Below, piece after piece: positions 19,793 to 27,410 of a DNA stretch of 64,000 nucleotides. This stretch comes from a virus. Position numbers and translations under genes: made by a program. The notes beneath the pieces are model-generated. The model was given only the letters and a program-made list of their open reading frames with translations. It was not told the DNA's origin and ran no database searches. Within the stretch, counting starts at the first letter, position 1; the number at the start of each line of letters is the position of its first letter. The stretch is taken from positions 1 through 64,000 of the IMG/VR virus record IMGVR_UViG_3300030106_006480; one strand, given 5' to 3'.

Positions 19793-20911
19793 ATCTTCAC
19801 CAGTCTTTTGATCTCGTGTAGAAAGCACAGGTGCAAGCATCTTGTCCGAAATAGAAGCTTCTAATAGTTTGTTAGAAGTTTCTTTCAACATGGGAGGCAT
19901 GACACCTAAAGGTGTGATTTGTACACCATCAGCAATGTTAATAAAACCATTGCCATCTGTGTAACGGCTCATCATTCCAATTGCATATTCATCATGACGT
20001 TCCTCTTGAGTACGCTTCATAAGGTTGTCAGGAATGATATGACTGTTTAGAGAAAGTTGAGCGGCTTCTTGTCCTTGTTCATAAACAGGACGTTCATAAT
20101 CAAAAGCAGTAACAGCTGTTGACTGATTACTACCTTGACCAACATCTTTCAATTCAAGATAAGGCTGGAAAATATATTGTGCAAAAGCATCGTAATTAGC
20201 AGGACGCTTTGGTGTTTTGGTAGCAGTTGCAAGAGCAGATGCCATATTATCTCGAAACTCTTTAAGTTGATCCCGGAAAGAAGCACCAACAGCACCTTTG
20301 ATGCTAAGAATTAAAGGCATATCATGGCAACGTTGCCCATAACCACTCATGAAATAAACGTAATACCAAGTACGAATTGTATGATCTTTCTTGTTTTCAC
20401 TATATAAATCCCAAAGCATATTTATTTTTCCAGGGTCATCTAAATTGTCTGCTGGATTAAATGAACCGATAATAACTGATTTATTTGCCCCTGTCTTTTC
20501 ATCAACAACATTCTTTTCAAGTAAACCAGCAGTTTCAAAAACAATTTGAAAACGTGGTTTGTTAAAAAGGATGCCAGGAGTTGGTTCATTATTGCCACCA
20601 AACTTTTGATTGTAAGGTTGAGCAAATGAATCTGGTTCAAGATCAGAGGCAGAAGCTTTCCAACCACACTTGATCAGATCTTCTTGCTTGATAAACAAAC
20701 CACCCATATCACGGGAATGATTGCGATCATTTGGTTTATTAATCGCAACAATTTGTCCTGGTGCAGGAGCTGCTCCTATAAATTCTGGTTGTGTGAGATG
20801 TAGAAAGGAATCAAGTGAACGTTGTTCTGGAGCTTTTTGAATAGCAAGAGAAGATGTTTCAGGAAACAGACTAAGCGTGTTGGACTTGTCTGTTGCTTTT
20901 GCAAGTTTCAT
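19781..20911 (-). CDS. Hypothetical replication/recombination protein (possibly DUF5895-like)
   Basis: 376 aa; 'GLFIK...KCGW', 'GILFNKPR', 'PLILSIKGAVGASF'; located next to the SSB-like gene. Confidence 0.55.
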   Translation of the reverse strand: MKLAKATDKSNTLSLFPETSSLAIQKAPEQRSLDSFLHLTQPEFIGAAPAPGQIVAINKPNDRNHSRDMGGLFIKQEDLIKCGWKASASDLEPDSFAQPYNQKFGGNNEPTPGILFNKPRFQIVFETAGLLEKNVVDEKTGANKSVIIGSFNPADNLDDPGKINMLWDLYSENKKDHTIRTWYYVYFMSGYGQRCHDMPLILSIKGAVGASFRDQLKEFRDNMASALATATKTPKRPANYDAFAQYIFQPYLELKDVGQGSNQSTAVTAFDYERPVYEQGQEAAQLSLNSHIIPDNLMKRTQEERHDEYAIGMMSRYTDGNGFINIADGVQITPLGVMPPMLKETSNKLLEASISDKMLAPVLSTRDQKTGEDSAL

Positions 20912-20935
20912 GGTGTCCGTCGGACTAGGGTTGAA

Positions 20936-20963
20936 TAGGCAGTTTTACGTCATACCCAGGACG
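20936..20963 (-). ncRNA. Family A H-type pseudoknot, copy 1
   Basis: RNA CGUC-CUGGGUAU-GACG-UAAAAC-UGCCUA. Confidence 0.75.
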
Positions 20964-20993
20964 ATCCCGTCAGAAGAGATAAATGCAGTCTAC

Positions 20994-21815
20994 TTAGAAG
21001 GGAGCTGGAGCACCATCTTCCATAACAGATCCTGATGGATCAGGTAGATCAGGAAGACCAGTTAAGTTAGAACCATAAGGTTCTGCTTGTGGTTTAGATT
21101 CTTGTTCCATATCAGCCCATAGCGAGCCTGGCTTCATTCCTTCAGACATAACTGTCTTTGTTTCAGGAGCTTTGTTTTGCCCATCTCTATCTGCTGGGGG
21201 CAAAGTCATCTTATCAACTTGAATTTTGACACGACTTTGCCAGTTACCTTGTTTATCTTTCCAACTGTCACATACCAGTTTGCCACTAATAGTAATTCCT
21301 TTCCCCTTCTTTGTTAGCTTGCACATCCAGTCTGCAAGTTTATATCGATCATCTGGATTACTAATTGCATAGACATTAAATAAATCACTTTGTCCTTTAC
21401 CTGTTGTAACTGCAATAGTTTGATTACAAATTATCAAACCAGTCGAGGTAATTTTAAATTGACGTTCATCAGAATCATCAACTGTTTTAATTGTGGTTCC
21501 AGAAAGAATAACTTGATTGTATGGCCTGAAAGCTTGTTTCAGAATAGTAGGAAATCCTCCATGAATAGAATGTAGTTTTGATTGAAGATCATGGCGGAGG
21601 TTAGCTCCTTGAATATGAATTGGATCATTAACTTGAACAGTGTCATGCAACTCTTTACCAGTTGCTCCATAGCACCAGTATTCCAAATCAAGATCTGATT
21701 TAGAAGGACCGGACTTTGGAATCAAAATAGGAAAGACATAAGCCTTGGATGTGTTGCTTGTATAAACCTCACGAGGTTTTTCAAGCACTTGGGCACAAAC
21801 GGTAAGTACGTTCAT
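20994..21815 (-). CDS. ssb: Tandem OB-fold single-stranded DNA-binding protein
   Basis: 'NQVILSG...KKGKGITISGKLVCDSWKDKQG...SRVKIQV'; acidic tail ending '...APF'. Confidence 0.75.
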   Translation of the reverse strand: MNVLTVCAQVLEKPREVYTSNTSKAYVFPILIPKSGPSKSDLDLEYWCYGATGKELHDTVQVNDPIHIQGANLRHDLQSKLHSIHGGFPTILKQAFRPYNQVILSGTTIKTVDDSDERQFKITSTGLIICNQTIAVTTGKGQSDLFNVYAISNPDDRYKLADWMCKLTKKGKGITISGKLVCDSWKDKQGNWQSRVKIQVDKMTLPPADRDGQNKAPETKTVMSEGMKPGSLWADMEQESKPQAEPYGSNLTGLPDLPDPSGSVMEDGAPAPF

Positions 21816-21836
21816 GATAGTTAGGTGTGTTGTGAT

Positions 21837-21866
21837 TGAAGCAGTTTAAGGTCATACTTCAGGACC
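21837..21866 (-). ncRNA. Family A H-type pseudoknot, copy 2
   Basis: RNA GGUC-CUGAAGUAU-GACC-UUAAAC-UGCUUCA. Confidence 0.8.
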
Positions 21867-21871
21867 GTCAA

Positions 21872-23683
21872 TCAATGAACATCAAACCAAGTTTTACCAA
21901 CTTTGGCATCACCTTCAATTGGACAAAGGAAGTTAAAATGTTCACCTGATTGAATAAAAGCTTTAAGAATATTTTCTTTTACAATTTCAATGTTTTGTTT
22001 AGGACAAGAAAGTTCTATTTCATCATGGATCATTGCATGTTGATGATAATCAATACCGTAAACAAGACCAGCTTCTATTAAATTGTTATGAGTATTGATA
22101 ACAACTTGCTTCATTAAAACAGCACCAGCAGCTTGGAGTAATACGTTTAGTGCTTTGAAATCAGAACGACAAAACAATGGACGTTTATCTAAACCAATTA
22201 AAAAGCCACGAGCCTGTAATGTTTTGGCAAGTGTATCTTTCAATGCTTTAATAGCAGGAATACCAGTCATAAAAGAATCAATTGCATTTTTACCAAGTTG
22301 TTTTAACTTGTTTATATCTTTCTCATTTGGATCAACAATAGTACCTGCCTTAGCTGATCCACAACCATAAAGAACTGCATAAAGCAAACGCTTACTAATA
22401 TCTCTAGTTTTTACACCAAACTTTTCTTGGTTATAAATATGAATGTCAGTGTCATCATCAATAACTAACTTGCTGTATTCACCTTCATCCCAATACGCAA
22501 GATACCCAGCCAAACATCTAAGTTCGAGAGCTTTTGCATCGCTGCCAATAAGGAACCAGTCGTCAGGAGCATGGAAAAGAGAACGACATTCTTTCCCATA
22601 AGGACTATAAGCTGCCGGAGTTTGGGCAGTGTTCGGATTACGATGTGAGCAACGGCCAGTAATACAACCATTAGTAATAACGTCCCCATGTATATAACCA
22701 TCAGGAGAGACAAGCTTGAGCCAAGCGTTGGTACCACTTTGAATTTGGCCTAAACGTTTTTTAATTAACATGTATTCTGCCAAAGGCTGAGCTTCTGGAT
22801 ATGGAAGATTTTCTAAAACATCGTCATTCAAGATTGGATTACCTTTCTCAGTTAGTTTCTCAGGAGTCCAATTATATTTATCTTTAAATCTTTGAATAAT
22901 ATGAGCACGAGAGTTTGGATTAAAAACTGTAACAGAATCTTTTAAACGTTTACCTGTACGTTCTGACCAACGTTCTTCAACAATTGGAGGAAAGATTTCT
23001 TTTAATTTATCTTCGATTTGCTTGCTGCGTACTGATAATTTATCCACAAGAGACAAAGCTGCATCAGTATCAAAAGGAAAACCTGATCGAATTTGTCTCT
23101 CAATACATGTAGCAAATTCATGTTCAAGCGCAAGCGATTCCGAGTGGATAGATTGTTGTTGAATAAGTTGTAATAATTTTGTCGTAACGTTGACATCTTG
23201 AATGCAATAGGCAAGCATTTCTTCTGAAAATTCAGAGAAATCTTGGAAGTCAATCTTCTTATCTGAGAGTCTATAGCCCCATGCTTTGAGGCTAGCTGAA
23301 CCTCTAAGTTTATTTGGGAGACGGTAGTATATCTCACTGTCCAGTTCTTCAAGTTTTTCTTTGGGCCAAATGAGTCTGGTGCAGATGAGTGTGTCAATGA
23401 TTTGTAAAGCAGGGGAATTAAATAATTCAAAGCCAGGCCAAAGTTTCTTTAGCACTGGAATGTCATAAAACAAAATGTTATGTCCAATCAAACAATCAGC
23501 GGCAGCCAAATGATCAAGAGCATCAGTAATGCGATCAGGCCCATAGCTAAAAGTTTGTTTTCTATTGAAGTCATATATGACGATACAGAAAATTTCTGTA
23601 ACTTCATCATATAATCCATTTGATTCAATATCAAATACGAACCAGTTTTCATGTTTGGTACCGGGCTTCAGGTTGAACATCAA
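21872..23683 (-). CDS. polA: Family A DNA polymerase (T7-like, 3'-5' exo + pol)
   Basis: 'FDIESNG', 'GHNILFYD', 'TGRCSHRNPN', 'DAKALELR', 'KRLLYAVLYG' (Tyr at the 762-equivalent position), 'IHDE'. Confidence 0.95.
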   Translation of the reverse strand: MMFNLKPGTKHENWFVFDIESNGLYDEVTEIFCIVIYDFNRKQTFSYGPDRITDALDHLAAADCLIGHNILFYDIPVLKKLWPGFELFNSPALQIIDTLICTRLIWPKEKLEELDSEIYYRLPNKLRGSASLKAWGYRLSDKKIDFQDFSEFSEEMLAYCIQDVNVTTKLLQLIQQQSIHSESLALEHEFATCIERQIRSGFPFDTDAALSLVDKLSVRSKQIEDKLKEIFPPIVEERWSERTGKRLKDSVTVFNPNSRAHIIQRFKDKYNWTPEKLTEKGNPILNDDVLENLPYPEAQPLAEYMLIKKRLGQIQSGTNAWLKLVSPDGYIHGDVITNGCITGRCSHRNPNTAQTPAAYSPYGKECRSLFHAPDDWFLIGSDAKALELRCLAGYLAYWDEGEYSKLVIDDDTDIHIYNQEKFGVKTRDISKRLLYAVLYGCGSAKAGTIVDPNEKDINKLKQLGKNAIDSFMTGIPAIKALKDTLAKTLQARGFLIGLDKRPLFCRSDFKALNVLLQAAGAVLMKQVVINTHNNLIEAGLVYGIDYHQHAMIHDEIELSCPKQNIEIVKENILKAFIQSGEHFNFLCPIEGDAKVGKTWFDVH

Positions 23684-23879
23684 GATTAGTTCCAGGGAAA
23701 ATGTTATTTTTATTGATCCAGTTTAGAACTTCCATTGCCTCTGTTTTTGTAGGAAAACAAAGAGCATGTTTAAGATCTGCGCGAGACTTGATATCAAAAA
23801 GAAGAAAACAATTTTCTTTTTTGTTAGCGCCAATACACTTAATCTTGTCCGGGTCTTGGAAAGAAATTACATAAGACAT
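23649..23879 (-). CDS. Hypothetical protein
   Basis: 76 aa ORF overlapping the polA start. Confidence 0.6.
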   Translation of the reverse strand: MSYVISFQDPDKIKCIGANKKENCFLLFDIKSRADLKHALCFPTKTEAMEVLNWINKNNIFPGTNLDVQPEARYQT

Positions 23880-23892
23880 TTGAAATAATTAA

Positions 23893-23918
23893 GGGACGAA
23901 ATAAGATTATCTCGTCCC
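23893..23918. terminator. Intergenic hairpin
   Basis: GGGACGA...TCGTCCC inverted repeat. Confidence 0.45.
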
Positions 23919-23927
23919 AGAAAAAAG

Positions 23928-24689
23928 TCAAGCTTTTTGTCTATGCATTTTGTTGTATCCATTGATTCCATTTTTCTTGAGGACAGAAACAGCTTTGCTT
24001 GCTGAACTGCCTGCACGCTGAACACCATGAATCAATAAAGCAAAGGGTTTATCACCAAAACAATGGGAATCATCATGATCTATTTCTAGACCAAGTTGAT
24101 CTGCTTCTTCTTGTGAATAAACTACTTGAGCAGTGCGCTTGAAAACATCTGGATTTTCTGTAACCAAATGATCTAACTCACCACCAAGAGAAGCAGTAAG
24201 ATAAAGATTAGAAGGCAAGTGATCCTTATAATGAAGCCAATAATTAAGCGACTTTGTATAGGCATAGAATTTAATTTCGGGAAAGACACCAGCAGTTAGA
24301 ATCCATGAACGAAAGTAAGCATCGCTAAACATATCACCTGCTTCATGGATCCGAAACAATTCGTAATTACGATGAGACTGTCTGATTGAATCCATGACAA
24401 GCATAGAAATTAGCAGAGCATCTTCACCGCATTGTTTTGTAATAGCTTCGTAGTTATGCCAACGCAATTGACGGCATTGTGGAGACCGAGCTTCAGACAT
24501 TGCAGCAAAACAACGGTAATCAATTTGATCACCTTTTGGTTTGTCTAAAATCTTACCTGTCTCACGATTAGCAAAAGTGCGACAGACACCAGCTCTTGGA
24601 CAAGAATAGCCAGCTGGAATGGAAAAGATGAAACGATCATCTAGCTTTCCGTTGGAATAGGAAAACTTGAGAAGCTTTGTGAATTGCAT
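23928..24689 (-). CDS. GP88-like protein
   Basis: 'FSIPAGYSCP', 'CFAA', 'FRIHEAGD', 'FYAYTK'. Confidence 0.7.
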   Translation of the reverse strand: MQFTKLLKFSYSNGKLDDRFIFSIPAGYSCPRAGVCRTFANRETGKILDKPKGDQIDYRCFAAMSEARSPQCRQLRWHNYEAITKQCGEDALLISMLVMDSIRQSHRNYELFRIHEAGDMFSDAYFRSWILTAGVFPEIKFYAYTKSLNYWLHYKDHLPSNLYLTASLGGELDHLVTENPDVFKRTAQVVYSQEEADQLGLEIDHDDSHCFGDKPFALLIHGVQRAGSSASKAVSVLKKNGINGYNKMHRQKA

Positions 24690-24713
24690 AGTGAAATGTA
24701 ATAAAGTGAAATA

Positions 24714-24740
24714 CTGGGGCTTACACCAAAGGATGCCCAG
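24714..24740 (-). ncRNA. Family B bulged stem-loop, copy 1
   Basis: RNA CUGGG-CAUC-CUUU-GGUG-UAAGC-CCCAG. Confidence 0.7.
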
Positions 24741-24745
24741 GAATT

Positions 24746-25144
24746 TTAAAGCTGGTGCTTTTCAAATTCAATATGGTTCAAGACTTGTTTTGCTTTCCAG
24801 ACAGCAGCCTCACCAATAAAGAATTCAACGTTACAACCAAGAGCTTTAGATGCTGTTTTAATATCTTTCATTTGTTCGCCAGAAAACTTAAGTGTTTTTT
24901 GATGATTAAAAGTTGCTGATCTATCTGTAATAAAAGATCTATTTTCTTCAATCCATTTATCTACTTCTTGTTTGTTATAGAAATGTTCTCTACGTGAACT
25001 AATTTCTAAATCAGGAGTTGGAAACGTATTATTTTTTACTTTCTTATATAGAGTGTAACGAGACATAAGAGTCTTACTTAAGACTTCTTTTGCTGAATAG
25101 CATTTGCTACGGCGTTCACGAAAAAGCTGAGCTTTAGATGGCAT
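24746..25144 (-). CDS. AlpA-like HTH DNA-binding protein
   Basis: 'SAKEVLSKTLMSRYTLYKKVKNNTFPTP...YNKQEVDKWI'; start moved to ATG 25144. Confidence 0.7.
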   Translation of the reverse strand: MPSKAQLFRERRSKCYSAKEVLSKTLMSRYTLYKKVKNNTFPTPDLEISSRREHFYNKQEVDKWIEENRSFITDRSATFNHQKTLKFSGEQMKDIKTASKALGCNVEFFIGEAAVWKAKQVLNHIEFEKHQL

Positions 25145-25146
25145 AG

Positions 25147-25175
25147 TTGATGAAAAGGAGAATGACTTGTAGAAT
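25147..25175 (+). promoter_or_regulatory. Sigma70-type promoter driving the riboswitch
   Basis: TTGATG (25147) - 17 nt - TAGAAT (25170); predicted start site ~25181-25182, at the aptamer 5' end. Confidence 0.7.
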
Positions 25176-25182
25176 AAAGGAA

Positions 25183-25234
25183 CGTTCACCTCAATGCGAG
25201 GCGCAATTCATCCGGCCAGGGAACGGGGACCGGA
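25183..25234 (+). ncRNA. Downstream-peptide (glutamine-II) riboswitch
   Basis: CGUUCA-CCUC..GAGG-CGCAAUUCA-UCCGG-CCAGG-GAACG-GGGA-CCGGA: P1 CGUUC/GAACG, P2 CCUC/GAGG, pseudoknot UCCGG/CCGGA; followed by a YRG peptide. Confidence 0.9.
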
Positions 25235-25252
25235 GTATTAGCGGAGGACACC

Positions 25253-25402
25253 ATGTCTAACGAGACACTCACTTATCGTGGCGTTAAGTATAAGCGCGGC
25301 GATATCATGACAACTTGGATGATGAACGAAAAACTGAAGCGTCAGCGTGAAGAGTTTGAAGCAAAGCTCGATCGTTTACGCCAAAAAGGAGAGATTGTTT
25401 AA
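25253..25402 (+). CDS. DUF4278-type downstream peptide (49 aa); not in ORF track
   Basis: MSNETLTYRGVKYKRGDIM...; 'LTYRGVKY' motif; GGAGG SD upstream. Confidence 0.85.
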   Translation: MSNETLTYRGVKYKRGDIMTTWMMNEKLKRQREEFEAKLDRLRQKGEIV

Positions 25403-25626
25403 GCCCAAGGCCAACCTAGTTCAACGTCTGCTTGCCAGATATCTGGATCAATAGGACGCTGCTTTACATACAAATTAAATAGGCGTTGCATTTCTTCTAA
25501 TGTGACGCCTACTTTTTTTGCTATAACAGCTATGTTGGTCTGGCCTTTGTAGACAAGATCAAGAGCATCTTCAAGCGATATGTTTCCATGTTTTCCGTTT
25601 GACAATGTCATGAATACAGCCTTCAC
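25399..25626 (-). CDS. Small HTH-like hypothetical protein
   Basis: 'NIAVIAKKVGVTLEEM'. Confidence 0.55.
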   Translation of the reverse strand: MKAVFMTLSNGKHGNISLEDALDLVYKGQTNIAVIAKKVGVTLEEMQRLFNLYVKQRPIDPDIWQADVELGWPWA

Positions 25627-25933
25627 TTACACCATATATTTTACTCAATTCTCTTTGAGCTTTTCCCTCTGCCCATTCACGTCTTATTTGAATTACATTT
25701 GAATCAAACAAGATTGCATTAGGATGCTTTTCACCTGTATTAAAACCTCCATGTTTTCGTTTAGGCGGAGGATTCCAGTGAACACCAGCATCATCTAATA
25801 CTTCAGTGCTTCGCCAATGATGATTACATTTTAGACAACGATAGTAACGTCTAGTCACATAGTCTCCTTGATGAGTGGACATAACTTTTGTCCCTGTTTT
25901 TGATTGTGCATAACATTTAGGACAATTCATCAA
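25571..25933 (-). CDS. NrdR-like Zn ribbon + C-terminal HTH
   Basis: 'MNCPKC...TKVMST...RRYYRCLKCNHHWRSTE'; 'QRELSKIYGVSEGCIHDIV'. Confidence 0.65.
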   Translation of the reverse strand: MMNCPKCYAQSKTGTKVMSTHQGDYVTRRYYRCLKCNHHWRSTEVLDDAGVHWNPPPKRKHGGFNTGEKHPNAILFDSNVIQIRREWAEGKAQRELSKIYGVSEGCIHDIVKRKTWKHIA

Positions 25934-26595
25934 TCTTTACTCCACATAGTTTCAGAAATAATTGGAAACTGTTCTTTAAAAATTGTTTTACATTGTTCTG
26001 CAATTTCTTTATGCTCTAGTTGCGTACCATTTCCTGTACGCAAGTCAATGTAATGCATCCAAGATTTTAAAGGGCCTGTCATATACATACGAGTAGGACA
26101 AGCAAGAGGCAGGATAGACCTGGCACATTCTTTGGCAACACCATCGCTAACCATCTCTTGATAGAGATGTTCAGCATCTTCAAACAAAATACTAATGCGT
26201 CTGTAGTAATCAGTAAGTTTGCCTTTACCCAATCGACTTGGCAAATCATCAATTGAATTCTGACGATTTTTAAGATCTTGTCCTCTCAAGTGAGGAATAA
26301 TTGGCTTACCCATCTCACCAGTATTTGCATAGCGTTGAGAGAATTCTTGGAACGAGAATGTCCAGTGCCTTAGTATCTGAGGGCTGATGGCCCTGGTGGT
26401 ATTGATCTCAAGGCACATAGATGCCATTTCAAAAGGAGACCAATGCTTTTGTTTAATTAAATAACGGAGAAGCTTTGGAGCAGTCTCCATGTTGTCTTGA
26501 TTCTTGGGAGCAGAAACGCGTGCCATATGGACAATCATTTCTTCAGCATTTGGAGTAGTCCAAATGAGTTTGACAGAAGGATTTTGAAAAGGCAT
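25930..26595 (-). CDS. thyX: Flavin-dependent thymidylate synthase
   Basis: 'HWSPFEM', 'QILRHWTFSFQEFSQRY', 'AKECARSILP', 'TQLEH'; start moved to ATG 26595. Confidence 0.93.
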   Translation of the reverse strand: MPFQNPSVKLIWTTPNAEEMIVHMARVSAPKNQDNMETAPKLLRYLIKQKHWSPFEMASMCLEINTTRAISPQILRHWTFSFQEFSQRYANTGEMGKPIIPHLRGQDLKNRQNSIDDLPSRLGKGKLTDYYRRISILFEDAEHLYQEMVSDGVAKECARSILPLACPTRMYMTGPLKSWMHYIDLRTGNGTQLEHKEIAEQCKTIFKEQFPIISETMWSKD

Positions 26596-26602
26596 TGATT
26601 GT

Positions 26603-26830
26603 TTATTTAGTTTGGATTGGGGCAAGCCGATGACCAAGATAATCTTCTGTGCGTGAGGTGTAGTCCCATTGAACTACATAATGACAAAAGACTGCACCAG
26701 CACGGTTCTTTTTTTCTATAATGTTTTTAACCGTACCAACACGGTCAAGTATTTTGTCTTTACCGTGATACACATTTCGATGTGTGACACGATCACCAAT
26801 GGAAAATGCTTGAGATTTGCGTAGAGACAT
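26603..26830 (-). CDS. Small SH3/KOW-like hypothetical protein
   Basis: 'FSIGDRV...VGTV...YVVQWD'; start moved to ATG 26830. Confidence 0.6.
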   Translation of the reverse strand: MSLRKSQAFSIGDRVTHRNVYHGKDKILDRVGTVKNIIEKKNRAGAVFCHYVVQWDYTSRTEDYLGHRLAPIQTK

Positions 26831-26837
26831 GATGAAT

Positions 26838-26873
26838 AAAAAAATCCTCAGCCAGCGCAAACCAACTGAGGAT
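26838..26873 (-). terminator. Intrinsic terminator
   Basis: AUCCUCAGUUGG-UUUGCG-CUGGCUGAGGAU followed by a U run. Confidence 0.65.
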
Positions 26874-26896
26874 GAATCGTCCAAGTAGATATTAGA

Positions 26897-27250
26897 TCAA
26901 GAAGCTGCGATGTCAATTGCAGAGAGATCAACTCCTGCTTTTTCCATCTTGCTTAACATTTCAACCATGATGTTTGCATTCTCCTGGGTCTTAGCCATGA
27001 AAGCTTTAGAACGTTCAGCACTCATTGTGTGAACAGTCCCATTGGCTTCCTTGTATGCCCAGGAGCCATCAGGTTGCATCTCCCCTTGGGTAATAGCCAT
27101 ACGCTCGCTGTTGCGGGTATAGCGAACCTGTAGGTTACGAACATCTGTTAAACCATCTTGATCAACCCAGGTAAGACCAAGGTTGTAAAGATTGTTGTCA
27201 TCCATATAGCCATGAGGCTGAGGGATGAGGTGCTTGATTGCTCCAAACAT
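26897..27250 (-). CDS. Hypothetical protein
   Basis: Start moved to ATG 27250 because the longer ORF runs into the tRNA. Confidence 0.7.
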   Translation of the reverse strand: MFGAIKHLIPQPHGYMDDNNLYNLGLTWVDQDGLTDVRNLQVRYTRNSERMAITQGEMQPDGSWAYKEANGTVHTMSAERSKAFMAKTQENANIMVEMLSKMEKAGVDLSAIDIAAS

Positions 27251-27274
27251 GATGAAATGAAATGTGATTAGGTT

Positions 27275-27363
27275 TGGTGAGAGTGGTGGGACTTGAACCC
27301 ACATAGCCATTACTGACCGACAGATTTTAAGTCTGTTGCGTCTACCAATTCCGCCACACTCTC
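27275..27363 (-). tRNA. tRNA-Leu(UAA) with encoded CCA
   Basis: GAGAGTG acceptor / CACTCTC-ACCA; D-loop GGAATTGGTAGAC; anticodon arm ACAGA-CTTAAAA-TCTGT; long variable arm; GGTTCAAGTCC T-loop. Confidence 0.96.
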
Positions 27364-27367
27364 GTTG

Positions 27368-27404
27368 CTAGGACTTACACCGTGTCAAGGGACCGGATGC
27401 CTAG
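27368..27404 (-). ncRNA. Family B bulged stem-loop, copy 2 (4 nt upstream of the tRNA 5' end)
   Basis: RNA CUAGG-CAUCCG-GUCCCUUGAC-A-CGGUG-UAAGU-CCUAG. Confidence 0.75.
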
Positions 27405-27410
27405 TCGTAT

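Noticed and set aside
25145-25189. N-terminal extension of ORF 24746-25189
   Set aside because: Overlaps the riboswitch and its promoter; ATG 25144 has the typical leader
27250-27275. HDV-like ribozyme in the tRNA 3' trailer
   Set aside because: The trailer is only a short AC/U-rich leader with no nested pseudoknot
27251-27310. N-terminal extension of ORF 26897-27310
   Set aside because: Lies within the tRNA gene
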